Shown: positions 49,009 through 58,513, counted from the stretch's first letter. The stretch: 64,000 nucleotides of DNA from an uncultured Solirubrobacterales bacterium (GCA_963774075.1 CAVZDP010000005.1:260360-324359), one strand, 5' to 3'. A program made the numbers and translations. Notes: a model not told the origin generated them from the sequence alone.

Positions 49009-49775
49009 GCGGGCACTGCGGCGGAGGTGCCGCGGTGGCTGCGGTACGTCTCCCGGACCCACTTGAAGGCCGGCCGCTCCGCCGCCGACTCGCGAAAGCG
49101 CTCGACTTGCTCCGGCATTGGAGGCGGGATCATGTGGGGCGCCTCCGGCGGCCTCACGAGCGGGAACAGGAGCGCCGCCGCGGTCAGGTCCGCGACGCTG
49201 AAGCGATCGCCGACAAGAAAGCCGCTGGGCTGTAGCTCCGCCTCCACCTGGTCGAGCGCCGCCTCGACCTTGTCGCGGGCGATCGCAGCGTCAGCAGCGT
49301 TGATGCCGTAGCGCAACTGCAGGATGCGCTTGCCGACGGGAGCCGTTGCCTTCATCGTCGCCTTGACCGCACTGTGCGCATTACCGAGCGCTCCGTCGAT
49401 GAACTGAGCGGGCTCGAGGTTCTCGAGCGACTCGTGGAAGAGCCAGCGCCGGATGTAGGGGCCGAGCTCCTCGTCGAAGTGCTCCTCGAGCTCGAGCGCG
49501 CGCCGCCGCTCCTCCTTGTCCGCCGGGTACAGCGGCGGCTCGGGGTACTCGCCCTCGAGCGCCGCAATGATGTGGGTGGAGTCGCCGATGCCCTTGCCGT
49601 TCAGGACGAGGACGGGCAACGTCTTGCCGCGCGAGAGCCGGAAGGCCCACGCAATGTGCAAGAACGGCGGCGGCGCGCGCCGCTCGTGCGGAATCTCCTT
49701 GTAGTCGAGCGCCCAGCGCACCTTCTCGTTGTAGTGCGAGATCTCGAGGTGGTAGAGGACGGGGTGTTCGGTCAA
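49005..49775 (-). CDS. glutathione S-transferase family protein
   Basis: Thioredoxin-like N-domain HPVLYHLEISHYNEKVRWAL...TLPVLVLNGKGIGDSTHI. TTG start at 49775 preceded by GAAAGGA. The longer track ORF would begin inside the 41-bp repeats. Confidence 0.7.
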   Translation of the reverse strand: MTEHPVLYHLEISHYNEKVRWALDYKEIPHERRAPPPFLHIAWAFRLSRGKTLPVLVLNGKGIGDSTHIIAALEGEYPEPPLYPADKEERRRALELEEHFDEELGPYIRRWLFHESLENLEPAQFIDGALGNAHSAVKATMKATAPVGKRILQLRYGINAADAAIARDKVEAALDQVEAELQPSGFLVGDRFSVADLTAAALLFPLVRPPEAPHMIPPPMPEQVERFRESAAERPAFKWVRETYRSHRGTSAAVPA

Positions 49776-49793
49776 AGGGGCTCGTCCTTTCTG

Positions 49794-49875
49794 CGATCCC
49801 CAAAGCTCGCCGTCAGGCGAGTTTGGGCCTGTTCCGATCCCCAAAGCTCGCCGTCAGGCGAGTTTGGGCTTGTTC
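49794..49875. repeat. 41-bp tandem repeat x2, each unit a bulged 12-bp hairpin
   Basis: cgatCCCCAAAGCTCGCCgtcaGGCGAGTTTGGGcYtgttc at 49794-49834 and 49835-49875, with one C/T mismatch. It lies between the amidase stop (49885) and the GST start (49775), both on the minus strand. Confidence 0.95.
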
Positions 49876-49884
49876 CGGGCGAGC

Positions 49885-51312
49885 TTACGAGACCGGGGGC
49901 ATCCTGTCACCCCATGGCCGCTCGGCCTCCATCTGCGCCGCCAGGGAGAGCAGCGTCGCCTCGTCGTTTCGCCGCCCCACGATCTGCACCGAGAGTGGCA
50001 ACCCGTCGGCCGTGAAGCCGGCCGGCACCGCTGCAGCGGGCTGGCCGAGCGCGTTCCAGACCCCCGTGAACGGATAGACGGGCGCCATCCCGAGCAGCGT
50101 CCGCAGGCCGCCGAGCCCCTCCCAGCGCCCGACCTCCACCGGCGGCTTGGCGGTGACAGCGGTCAGCAGCACGTCGTGCTCGTCGAAGAGCCTGTTGACT
50201 CGATTCGCGTGCTCGCGCTCGGCTTCGCGCACCCGAGCGATCATCCCCGGCGAGAAGAGACCGCCGAGGCGCGCGAGCCCGCGCGTTCGCCGCTCCAGGC
50301 GGCGTGGCCTGGCCATCTGCTCGGCGTCGTCGTGGATGCCGTGCAGGTAGCGCGGGATGATGCTGTTGCCGATCAGCCCGTAGTCCGGAGAGCTCTCCCG
50401 CACCTCGTGTCCGAGGGATCGCAGCAGCTCGGCGGTGTCGTGCACGGCGCGTTTGACGCGCTCGTCCACGAGCGCCGGCAGCGGCGGTTTGGTCGAGACC
50501 GCGACGCGCAGCTTGCCGGGAGCGGATCGAGCCGACTCCACGAACGGTCGCGCCGGGGGCGGCGGCGTGTCGACGTCCCCGGGCGCCGGGCCGCTCGTGA
50601 CATCGAGGAAAAGGGCGGTGTCGAGCACGCAGCGGCTCACACAGCCCGCGACCGACAAACCGTGCCAGTGCTCGCGGTAGGGCATCAGCGACACGCGGCC
50701 GCGCTGCGGCTTGAGCCCGAACAGGCCACAGCACGAGGCCGGGATGCGGATCGAGCCGGCACCGTCGGACGCGGTCGCCACGCCGGCGAGCCCCGCCGCA
50801 ACCGCTGCCCCGCTGCCGCCGCTCGAGCCGCCCGGCGTGTGATCGACGTTCCACGGGTTGCGCGTCACTCCCCACGTTGCGGACTCGGTGAATCCGAAGA
50901 CAGCCAGCTCGGGCAGGTGTACCTTCCCGAGCACGATTGCGCCGGCGGCACGAAGGCGCTTGACGAGCTCGGCGTCCTCGCGAGCGGGAGCCCCGTAGGC
51001 GCCGGTGCCATGCGTCGTCACCTCTCCCGCGACGTCGAAGTTGTCCTTCACCGCCACCGGAACGCCGAGCAGCGGCCGGTCCTCTCCAGCCGCACGCCTG
51101 GCCCCCGCCTGGTCGGCCTCCGCCAGCGCGCGCTCGCCCAGCACGACGCGGAACGAGTTCAGCTCGGGGTCGATGCGCGCGATGCGGTCGAGGTAGAGCT
51201 CGACGAGCTCGCGTGGCGAGACCTTCCCGCCGCGAACGAGCTCCGCCTGGCGGGCTATCCCGGCGAACGCAAGCTCGGCCGCTTCCATTGCCTCAGGCGG
51301 GCGGCGCGACAC
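49885..51312 (-). CDS. amidase-signature family amidase
   Basis: AS motif [16 protein letters not shown]...[13 protein letters not shown]. The start overlaps the upstream GT4 stop by 20 nt. Confidence 0.88.
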   Translation of the reverse strand: MSRRPPEAMEAAELAFAGIARQAELVRGGKVSPRELVELYLDRIARIDPELNSFRVVLGERALAEADQAGARRAAGEDRPLLGVPVAVKDNFDVAGEVTTHGTGAYGAPAREDAELVKRLRAAGAIVLGKVHLPELAVFGFTESATWGVTRNPWNVDHTPGGSSGGSGAAVAAGLAGVATASDGAGSIRIPASCCGLFGLKPQRGRVSLMPYREHWHGLSVAGCVSRCVLDTALFLDVTSGPAPGDVDTPPPPARPFVESARSAPGKLRVAVSTKPPLPALVDERVKRAVHDTAELLRSLGHEVRESSPDYGLIGNSIIPRYLHGIHDDAEQMARPRRLERRTRGLARLGGLFSPGMIARVREAEREHANRVNRLFDEHDVLLTAVTAKPPVEVGRWEGLGGLRTLLGMAPVYPFTGVWNALGQPAAAVPAGFTADGLPLSVQIVGRRNDEATLLSLAAQMEAERPWGDRMPPVS

Positions 51313-52489
51313 GCGCCGCCGCGAGCTCCTCGTAGACGGCGAGCGTGCGCCCCGCCACGTCGACCCAGTCGAAGCTCCGCAGGTGCTCGTACGCCTCGGC
51401 GACGAGCCGCCGGCCGAGCTCGTCGTCGGCGAGCACGCGGATCGCGACCTCGGCGAGCGACCCGGCGTCGCGGGGTCGAAAGCGAAGCCCGACCTCCTCG
51501 TGTGGAACGACCTCGCGCAGGCCGCCGGTATCGGCGACCAGGCACGGGCAGCCCGACGCCATCGCCTCGAGCGCCACGAGGCCGAAGGGCTCGTAGATCG
51601 AGGGCACGACCGTCAGGTCGGCGATCCGGTAGAGCGTGTGCAGGACGTCGTCGCCGATCCAGCCGAGGAAGCTGCCGTGATGGTCGAGACCGAGTGCCGT
51701 CGCCTGCTGGCGCAGCTCGTGCTCGTGTGTCCCGGAGCCGGCGACCAGGAAGCGCACGTTTCCGAGCGCCTCGATCACCTGCGGCATCGCCTCGAGAGCG
51801 ATCTGGAAGCCCTTCTCGTACACGAGGCGGCCGATCAGAAGCACGAGCTTCTCCTCGGGCGCGGCGAACTCGCCGCGCAGCCTGCGCATCTCCTCGCCGT
51901 CGAAGGGCTGCAGGTCGGCGGGATCGATGCCGTTGGGGATGACGGCGATCCGCTCCTCCTCGATCCCGTAGACGTCGGAGACGTGGTCTCGCATGTAGGC
52001 CGAGCATGCGATCACCTGCTCGGCGCGGTTCGCCATCCAGTGCTCGATGCCGTGGATGTGACTCTGCGGGTGCTTGTCCACCCAGCCCTGGTGGCGCCCG
52101 TACTCGGTCGCGTGGATGGTGACGACGAGCGGAGTGTCGAAGCGCTTGGCGAGGTGGTCGCCCGCTGCGGCAACGAGCCAGTCGTGGCCGTGCACGAGGT
52201 CGTAGTCGAAGCGGTCGCCGAGCTCGACGCCGGCGGCGAGCATGTCCGTGTTCATGTGCTCGACCCAGGTGATGAACTCGGTCAGCTCCCGCGGTCGGCG
52301 TGGCTCGCGGACGCGGTGCAGGGTGACGCCGTCGCGCACTTCCTCCGCCGGGGACTCCTCGCGCCCGCGGGTGAGCACGTGGACGTCCACGCCGAGAGGG
52401 GCGAGGTTCTCGGAGAGCTTGCGGACGTGGCGCGCGAGGCCGCCCTCGATCAGGGGCGGGTATTCCCAGGAAAGGATCAGGACGCGCAT
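51293..52489 (-). CDS. GT4 alpha-glucosyltransferase (glycogen-synthase-like, Rv3032/GlgM-type)
   Basis: MRVLILSWEYPPLIEGGLARHV...GHDWL...PSIYEPFGLVALEAMASGCPCLVADTGGL (EX7E). Only the C-terminal 398 aa of track ORF 51293..53632 look real. Confidence 0.85.
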   Translation of the reverse strand: MRVLILSWEYPPLIEGGLARHVRKLSENLAPLGVDVHVLTRGREESPAEEVRDGVTLHRVREPRRPRELTEFITWVEHMNTDMLAAGVELGDRFDYDLVHGHDWLVAAAGDHLAKRFDTPLVVTIHATEYGRHQGWVDKHPQSHIHGIEHWMANRAEQVIACSAYMRDHVSDVYGIEEERIAVIPNGIDPADLQPFDGEEMRRLRGEFAAPEEKLVLLIGRLVYEKGFQIALEAMPQVIEALGNVRFLVAGSGTHEHELRQQATALGLDHHGSFLGWIGDDVLHTLYRIADLTVVPSIYEPFGLVALEAMASGCPCLVADTGGLREVVPHEEVGLRFRPRDAGSLAEVAIRVLADDELGRRLVAEAYEHLRSFDWVDVAGRTLAVYEELAAARVAPPA

Positions 52490-54081
52490 CGCGCTCGCGC
52501 TCCAGCAGCGTCGGCGCCCGGGCGCCCCCAGGCCGAGGGCGGCGCTGCGAGGCGCGACAGCCGCAGGCCCGGCGCCAGCCCGCGCAGCCTGCCGTCCATC
52601 GCCTCGCCCTCGCTCGTGCCGGACACGAGGCGGCAGTCTTTCACGCCCGCCTCCGCGGCGGCCAGCGCCCGCCCGAACGCGGCCTCGTGCCCGCTCACCC
52701 TCTGCTCCGGATAGTCGGCCGCGAGGCGGCGCGTGGCCATGAAGGCCCAGTCGCTCGCCTGGAGGGCAAGAAGCTCCCGGGCGGCGCGCTCGAGCGCCGT
52801 CTTTCGCGCGCTGCCCGCGCCGTTGTCGCGCGCCACAGGGGAGGGCATCCCGTTCCGGGCGACCTCGCCGGCGAGGCCCAGCTCGGCCCGCCGCGCTGGC
52901 CAGACGAGGCCTGCCACCGCCTCCGAGTCCCACGTGCGCAGGTCCTTTCCCGCTCCCCAGCTCGACTCCGCGAGCGCCCCGGGGCGCGGGTCGTGGCGTC
53001 CGAGCGCCTCGGGCAAGGTGCAGAGGGAGAGCTCGGCCACACCAGCCTCTTCGATTACGGCCTCGAGCCACTGCGGTCCCTCGTGCCACCAGTGTCCTAG
53101 GAGCTCCGTGTCGAGCGCGCAGACCACCAGCCCCGGCCGCCCGCGAGCGGAGCGGTAGGCCTCGAGCCGGGCGGCCACGCGCTCGACGAAGTCGCGCGCA
53201 TGGTCGCGGGCCTTCGCGCTCGCGCGCTCGGCGTCGTAGGGGCCGCCGGCGTTGGAATGAGCGCGCAGGCCGTTCAGCGTCGGGCGGTGGTAGTCGCGAT
53301 AGACGCCATCGGCCGGATAACCGTGCTCGTCCCAAACGAGCGATATCACGGGCCAGTCGATCGGGACTGCGACGGGACCGTGCCCGCCGGCGGCGACCGG
53401 GCCGAGGGGCTCGTCCGAGCCCCCGTCGCTGTAGACGCAGTAGCAGCGCACCCCTGATCGCGCGAGCTGATCCTCCATTCCCGGCCGGTAGGCGCATTCC
53501 GGCAACCAGAAGCCGCCGCTCCAGCCGCCGAAGCGTGCGCGCTGGCTCTCGATGCCGGTCTCGACCTGCAGCCTGGTTCCGGCTTCGGTCGCCAGCATGG
53601 GGAGCACGGCGTGAGTCGCAGCCGAGGTCCATAGCTCCACCGCCCCCGCATCGCGCAACCGGCGCAGCGAGCCGACGAGGTCTCCCCCGATCTCCTCGAA
53701 GTGATCGGCTGCGCGCTCGTAGAGCTTGGCGGAGCGGCGAAGGGCCGCTGCAGCGTCTCGCTCACCGGCGCGCTGAAGCCCGTCGATGTCGAGAGCGTGG
53801 GTTTTTGCGCGCACGTCGCGCACGAACCGCAGGAAGCGGGCGCCGACCTCGCCGAGCACGAGCTGGTCGGCGAGCACGGGCGTGACCCCGATCGTGAGCA
53901 GCTGCTCCTCGCCGCGCTCCGCCCAGCGCTCGCAGAGCTCGAGCAGCGGTAGATATGAGGTGGCTATCGCCTCGAAGAGCCATTCCTCGCCGAAGGGCCA
54001 GGTGCCGAAGCCCTCGACGTAGGGCATGTGGCTGTGGAGCAGGATCGCGAGCTCGCCGCGATCCCTCGCCGCGGCGCTCAT
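52477..54081 (-). CDS. GH57 family alpha-glucan branching enzyme-like protein
   Basis: ILLHSHMPYVEGFGTWPFGEEWLFEAIATSYLPLL, nucleophile region GGFWLPECAYRPG, acid/base region CALDTELLGHWWHEG. Confidence 0.85.
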   Translation of the reverse strand: MSAAARDRGELAILLHSHMPYVEGFGTWPFGEEWLFEAIATSYLPLLELCERWAERGEEQLLTIGVTPVLADQLVLGEVGARFLRFVRDVRAKTHALDIDGLQRAGERDAAAALRRSAKLYERAADHFEEIGGDLVGSLRRLRDAGAVELWTSAATHAVLPMLATEAGTRLQVETGIESQRARFGGWSGGFWLPECAYRPGMEDQLARSGVRCYCVYSDGGSDEPLGPVAAGGHGPVAVPIDWPVISLVWDEHGYPADGVYRDYHRPTLNGLRAHSNAGGPYDAERASAKARDHARDFVERVAARLEAYRSARGRPGLVVCALDTELLGHWWHEGPQWLEAVIEEAGVAELSLCTLPEALGRHDPRPGALAESSWGAGKDLRTWDSEAVAGLVWPARRAELGLAGEVARNGMPSPVARDNGAGSARKTALERAARELLALQASDWAFMATRRLAADYPEQRVSGHEAAFGRALAAAEAGVKDCRLVSGTSEGEAMDGRLRGLAPGLRLSRLAAPPSAWGRPGADAAGARARCAS

Positions 54082-54860
54082 GGCCGGCAGACTGCGACGA
54101 AGTCGAGCGCGCGGTCGAGCTCCTGTTCGCGCAGCTCGAAGTCGCGCTCGCCGATGGCGGGCACGAACCAGGCGTAGAAGCGCTTCGTGAGGCCCAGTGC
54201 CGGATGGACGCGGTCCCAGCCAAGCCGCAGCGCCGCCTCGTGCGCCTTCAGCTTGCGCGCGTGAAAGAGTCCGAGAAGCTGGAACCGGGCGAAGCGCGGC
54301 GCGAGCAGGCGCTCGAGCTCGGCGGCCGTGTACTCGTGTACGTGCCAGGGGTTGTCCGAGCGCGCCGCCCCCGGAGGGGCGAGCGTGAGGCGATTCGGGG
54401 TGCTCACGTAAACCGCGCCGCCCGTGTTGAGGAGCGACGCGAAGCGCTCCAGCAGCTGCCCCGGGTGTTCCACGTGCTCCACCGTCTGCAGGAAGACCAC
54501 GGCGTCGTACGGAGCGCCATCGTCGAACTCCTCAACGAGAGCTCTCTCGAAGGAAAGGCCCGGACGAGCGTACTTGCGGTGGGCGTGCTCGAACGCCTCG
54601 GGGTTGGCCTCGACGCCAACCACCTCCGAGGCGGAATCGGCGAGCACCGCGGAGCCATAACCCTCGCCGCACGCCATGTCGAGCACGCGCATTCCGCGGC
54701 AGCGCTCGGCGATCCAGCGATAGACGGCGAGGTGGCGCCGGTACCAGTAGTTCTCCTCCGGGATGTCGGGCAGCGTGCGCTCGCCGGTCAGCTCGAGAGG
54801 CGGCACTCCCGGGGGCTGGTCACGCTGCAGGTACCTCGGCTCGCTCACGCACGCAATCAT
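54078..54860 (-). CDS. class I SAM-dependent methyltransferase (Rv3030-like position)
   Basis: SAM motif I VLDMACGEGYGSAVLA, post-I VVGVEANP, ...DAVVFLQTVEHV...GGAVYVSTPN. Its stop overlaps the GH57 start (4 nt). Confidence 0.8.
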   Translation of the reverse strand: MIACVSEPRYLQRDQPPGVPPLELTGERTLPDIPEENYWYRRHLAVYRWIAERCRGMRVLDMACGEGYGSAVLADSASEVVGVEANPEAFEHAHRKYARPGLSFERALVEEFDDGAPYDAVVFLQTVEHVEHPGQLLERFASLLNTGGAVYVSTPNRLTLAPPGAARSDNPWHVHEYTAAELERLLAPRFARFQLLGLFHARKLKAHEAALRLGWDRVHPALGLTKRFYAWFVPAIGERDFELREQELDRALDFVAVCRP

Positions 54861-54911
54861 TCCGAAAGCGCGAGCTCCCGGCCCTTCGCCCCCGTTATCC
54901 TGCCCGCCACC

Positions 54912-55829
54912 GTGAGCCGCGACGCGCCGACCGCCAAGCAGATCAAGGACGTGAACCTGCGTTATCACGACGCGGCGGCCGACAGCTATGACAGCAAATG
55001 GGGGATCGACTACGGAGACGTCGGCCGCCGGCAGGTGCTGATGAAGCTCACCAAGGCGCTCGGAAAGAGGCCCGGTCACTACCGCCGGGCGCTCGAGGTG
55101 GGCGCCGGAACCGGCTACTTCTCGCTCAACCTGCTGCGTGCCGGGGTGATCGGCGAGGCGACCGCGACCGACATCTCCGACGGCATGCTGCGGCGGCTGT
55201 CCGCTACAGCGAGCACGCTCGGCGTGGAGGTCGAGACCGTGCGCTCCGATGCCGAGCGGCTCCCCTTCGCGGACGGCCACTTCGACCTCGTGCTCGGCCA
55301 CGCCGTGCTCCACCACCTGCCGGCGCTCGACCACGCGCTGGCCGAGTTCAACCGCGTGCTCGCACCCGGGGGGACCATCGCCTTCATGGGCGAGCCTTCG
55401 CGCTACGGCGACCGCATCGCGGCCGTTCCGAAACGGATCGGCATCCTCGCGGCTCCGGCATGGCGGCGACTCGTCGGCGCGCCCAGCTCCGCGGACGGGA
55501 ATGACGCCGACGCCGAGGACGACGGCCACCGACTCGAGCCGTGGGTCGACGTGCACGTCTTCAGCCCAGGCGAGCTGCGCACCATGGCGGCGCGGGCGGG
55601 CTTCACGGAAGTGCGGATCTCCGGGGAGGAGCTCGTGGCCAGCGCCTACGGGTGGCTCCTGCGCTCGCTCCAGGCCGACTCGGATCCCGAGGAGGTCCCC
55701 CGCGGCTGGCACCAATTCGCGTTCCGCAGCTACCTGGCGCTCCAGTGGCTCGACGGCAACGTGCTCGAGTCGCGGCTGCCCCCAGGGCTCTTCTACAACC
55801 TCCTCCTCTCGGGCCGCAAGCCCGGATAG
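54912..55829 (+). CDS. class I SAM-dependent methyltransferase
   Basis: ALEVGAGTGYFSLNLL (motif I), ATDISDGML, FDLVLGHAVLHHL, PGGTIAFMGEP. The GTG start is divergent from the other methyltransferase, with a 51-bp gap. Confidence 0.8.
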   Translation: MSRDAPTAKQIKDVNLRYHDAAADSYDSKWGIDYGDVGRRQVLMKLTKALGKRPGHYRRALEVGAGTGYFSLNLLRAGVIGEATATDISDGMLRRLSATASTLGVEVETVRSDAERLPFADGHFDLVLGHAVLHHLPALDHALAEFNRVLAPGGTIAFMGEPSRYGDRIAAVPKRIGILAAPAWRRLVGAPSSADGNDADAEDDGHRLEPWVDVHVFSPGELRTMAARAGFTEVRISGEELVASAYGWLLRSLQADSDPEEVPRGWHQFAFRSYLALQWLDGNVLESRLPPGLFYNLLLSGRKPG

Positions 55830-55866
55830 CCCAAGCGCTCCCCACCCGTTCCCTACACTGGGATCC

Positions 55867-56493
55867 GTGGCAGGGCAAGTCGAAGACCTACCCCTCTTCC
55901 CGCTCCCGATCGTCCTCCTCCCGACCGAGGTCGTGCCCCTCCACATCTTCGAGGATCGCTACAAGACGATGATCTCGATGTGCCTCGACGACGGGAGCGA
56001 GTTCGGCGTCCTGTGGCTGTCCGACGACGGGCTGAAGGAGGTCGGCTGCACAGCGAAGGTGACCGACGTGCTGGAGCGCAGCGACGACGGTCGCATGAAC
56101 GTCCTCGTCGAGGGCGGAAGCCCCTTCCGGCTGCTCGAGCGACGGGAGGAGCACGTTTACCCGGCCGGCGACGTCGAGCTTCTGAGCGACCGCGGCGACC
56201 GGGCCGAGGAAACCGTCGGAGAGGAGGCGCGAGAGCGGTTCGCCGAGCTCGTGGAGCGCGTCACCGAGAGCCGGCCCGAGCAGGAGGCCCTGGCCGAGCT
56301 CGGCGCCTACGAGATGGCCGCCACGGTCGACATCGGCGCCGAGGTCAAGCAGGGACTGCTCGAGCTGCGCTCCGAGAAGGCGCGGATGCGCCTGCTCTCG
56401 CGCCTGTTCAAGGCAGCGATGGAGCGGCTCGAGGTCGCCGAGCGGATCGCCGAGCACGCGCGCCAGAACGGCAAGGTCAGGTTCAGCTCCTAG
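55867..56493 (+). CDS. LON N-terminal (substrate-binding) domain protein
   Basis: LPLFPLPIVLLPTEVVPLHIFEDRYKTMI...FGV (the Lon N-domain start motif). No AAA or protease domain. GTG start at 55867. Confidence 0.75.
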   Translation: MAGQVEDLPLFPLPIVLLPTEVVPLHIFEDRYKTMISMCLDDGSEFGVLWLSDDGLKEVGCTAKVTDVLERSDDGRMNVLVEGGSPFRLLERREEHVYPAGDVELLSDRGDRAEETVGEEARERFAELVERVTESRPEQEALAELGAYEMAATVDIGAEVKQGLLELRSEKARMRLLSRLFKAAMERLEVAERIAEHARQNGKVRFSS

Positions 56494-56531
56494 TAGTTAG
56501 CCGCGCTTGGACAGGCCCTGGCCGAGTCCCG

Positions 56532-58436
56532 CTATCCGCGCACGATCGTGAAGCGCGCTCGCCTGCCCGAAGCAGAGCGGTTGCCCGCCGCGTCGGTCGC
56601 GGTGATCGTCGCCTGGTAGCGGCCGCGCCGCAGCGCCTTCCGCTTCAAACGTCCGCTGAACGCTGTCGTGTTGGCGCCGGTGCGAGCGCTGCGCCGCAGC
56701 TCCCCGGTGAACGTGTAGCGCGTGCAGCGGCGGCGCTTGCGGAGGCGGCGAGTCGGCTTTCGACAGCTTTTCCCGACACGCCTGCCGATCCGCGCCCGCC
56801 GGATCGCGATCCGCACGGTGGCAGCCTCGGACAGGGAGTAGCGGAACTGCGTGCCCTTCTTCGTCCGGCGCCGCTTCGCGCGGGCAGCCGTCAGCGCCGT
56901 CGGCTCGGATCCGACCGCGAAGCGCTTGCGGGTAAGCGAGAACGCGCGCACGTCGGGCGCGCTCAGGTCGGCGACCGACCCCGGATCCGCACCGCCCCCG
57001 ATGCCCGGCGGGGGGTCGCCGTCGAATACGGCCGCCTCGATCGCCCCGCCTCGCTGCCAGACGACGACGGCATCGCCCTGCGAGTCGGTCGCCACCTGTG
57101 GCAGCGACGCGCCACTCGGGGCTGGAGCGATCCCGACCGGAGCCGAGAACGACCCCCCGGGCGAGCGCAGGGACGCCACGATGCCGAGCCCCGGTCTCGT
57201 GCCGGAGTGCCGCCACACGGCGAACATGGCGCCGAACGGGTTGGCGGCGATCTGGGGGCTGGCGACGGTCTCGCCGCCGAGTACGTCGCCGGAGATCGAG
57301 ACAGCCGGGCCGAAGAGCCCTCCCGGCGGACGCGAGGAGGCGAGGATCGACTTCGAAGTCGTCTCGTCCCAGACGGCGACCGCGGAGCCGCCCGGGTCCG
57401 ACGCCACCTGCGGGTCGCGAGCTCCGGGTGCGGAGAGGGTCTGCGGGCTCGTGAACACGCCCGCCTCGCGGATGTCCGAGAAGACGGTGCCGGAGCCGCC
57501 GGCGTCCGAGCGCCAGACGACGACCACGTCACGCTGCGCGCTGGCCGCGAGCTGCGGGGCGACCAGCCGAGTAGTGCTCGTCGTGGAGGAGGGGACGGCG
57601 CTCTCGTTGGGCGGGAAGGAGTCTCCAGCCGGTCGCCGCGAGTAGGCGATCGCGTGGTCGGGTGGGGGCGGCTGGGGCACGTGCACCAGCTCGTGCGCCC
57701 AGGCCACGAACGCCCCGCCCTCGGAATCGAAGCCGATCTGAGGGTCGCTCAACCGGACGTTGTCGTCGGAGTCGCCGTTGATCCCCTCGAGCTGGACGTA
57801 GCCACCGAACGCCGCCCCGCCCGGCGGCCTGACCGCTGCCTCTATGTTCGCGACGCTCGAGCCGGGATCCCCCGGGATGTCCCGGGCGTGGCGCCAGACG
57901 GCGATCGCGGTGCCCTGTGAGTCGATCGCGACCTGCGGCTGGGCGACCTCGTCCGTCGTCTCGCCCAGGGACGACTCCACGACCACCTCCCTGAGCATCG
58001 GCGCCAGTCCGAAGCTGCCGCCCGGTGGTCGGATCGCGGTCTCGATCCTTTCGGTAACGCCGTCGGGAAGCACCGTGTGCCAGACGGCAACCGCCGTGCC
58101 GTTGGCGCCGATCGCGACCTGCGGCTCGACCGCAAGGCCGCCGCTCGAGATGACCTGCGCCGGGCCGAACGAGCCGCCCGGCGGGCGCACGGAGGCCTCG
58201 ATCTCCGACCCGCGCTCCCACACCGCAACCGCCGTGCCGTCGGGCGCCGCGGCGACCTGGGCCTTGGAGGCGCCGGCTCCGGAGATCGCGCTCGCCGGCA
58301 GCCAGCCCGCTCCAGCCCAAGCCGACAGCGGTATGGCGAGCGCCAAGGCGCACGCAGCCGCCGCAGCCGCCGCCGCGATTCCCTGCCGCCTGCCGCGCGA
58401 TGCGCGGGCGGCCCTCACTCCCCTTGCCGCCCTCAT
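56532..58436 (-). CDS. secreted repeat protein (~8 propeller-like blades) with a basic C-terminal Ig-like domain
   Basis: Signal-like MRAARGVRAARASRGRRQGIAAAAAAAACALALAIPLSAWA. About 8 repeats with consensus PQVA.d..G.AvAVW...(n)...IEA.vRPPGG.FG.P. The C-terminus (...QFRYSLSEAATVRIAI...GRYQATITATDAAGNRS...FTIV) is very Arg/Lys-rich. The start may be the upstream TTG at 58517. Confidence 0.65.
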   Translation of the reverse strand: MRAARGVRAARASRGRRQGIAAAAAAAACALALAIPLSAWAGAGWLPASAISGAGASKAQVAAAPDGTAVAVWERGSEIEASVRPPGGSFGPAQVISSGGLAVEPQVAIGANGTAVAVWHTVLPDGVTERIETAIRPPGGSFGLAPMLREVVVESSLGETTDEVAQPQVAIDSQGTAIAVWRHARDIPGDPGSSVANIEAAVRPPGGAAFGGYVQLEGINGDSDDNVRLSDPQIGFDSEGGAFVAWAHELVHVPQPPPPDHAIAYSRRPAGDSFPPNESAVPSSTTSTTRLVAPQLAASAQRDVVVVWRSDAGGSGTVFSDIREAGVFTSPQTLSAPGARDPQVASDPGGSAVAVWDETTSKSILASSRPPGGLFGPAVSISGDVLGGETVASPQIAANPFGAMFAVWRHSGTRPGLGIVASLRSPGGSFSAPVGIAPAPSGASLPQVATDSQGDAVVVWQRGGAIEAAVFDGDPPPGIGGGADPGSVADLSAPDVRAFSLTRKRFAVGSEPTALTAARAKRRRTKKGTQFRYSLSEAATVRIAIRRARIGRRVGKSCRKPTRRLRKRRRCTRYTFTGELRRSARTGANTTAFSGRLKRKALRRGRYQATITATDAAGNRSASGRRARFTIVRG

Positions 58437-58513
58437 TGCCGCGACAACGCTACCACCACCCCAGAGCGGCTGGAGCCAGTTTTCGCGAAGCTCGGGCTTC
58501 GCCGCGGGAGCCC

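Noticed and set aside
51293-53632. Single 779-aa ORF spanning the GT4 gene and most of the GH57 gene.
   Set aside because: The N-terminal 381 aa are R/G/A-rich shadow sequence overlapping the motif-rich GH57 frame. The GT4 homology begins at MRVLILSWEYPP (ATG 52489).
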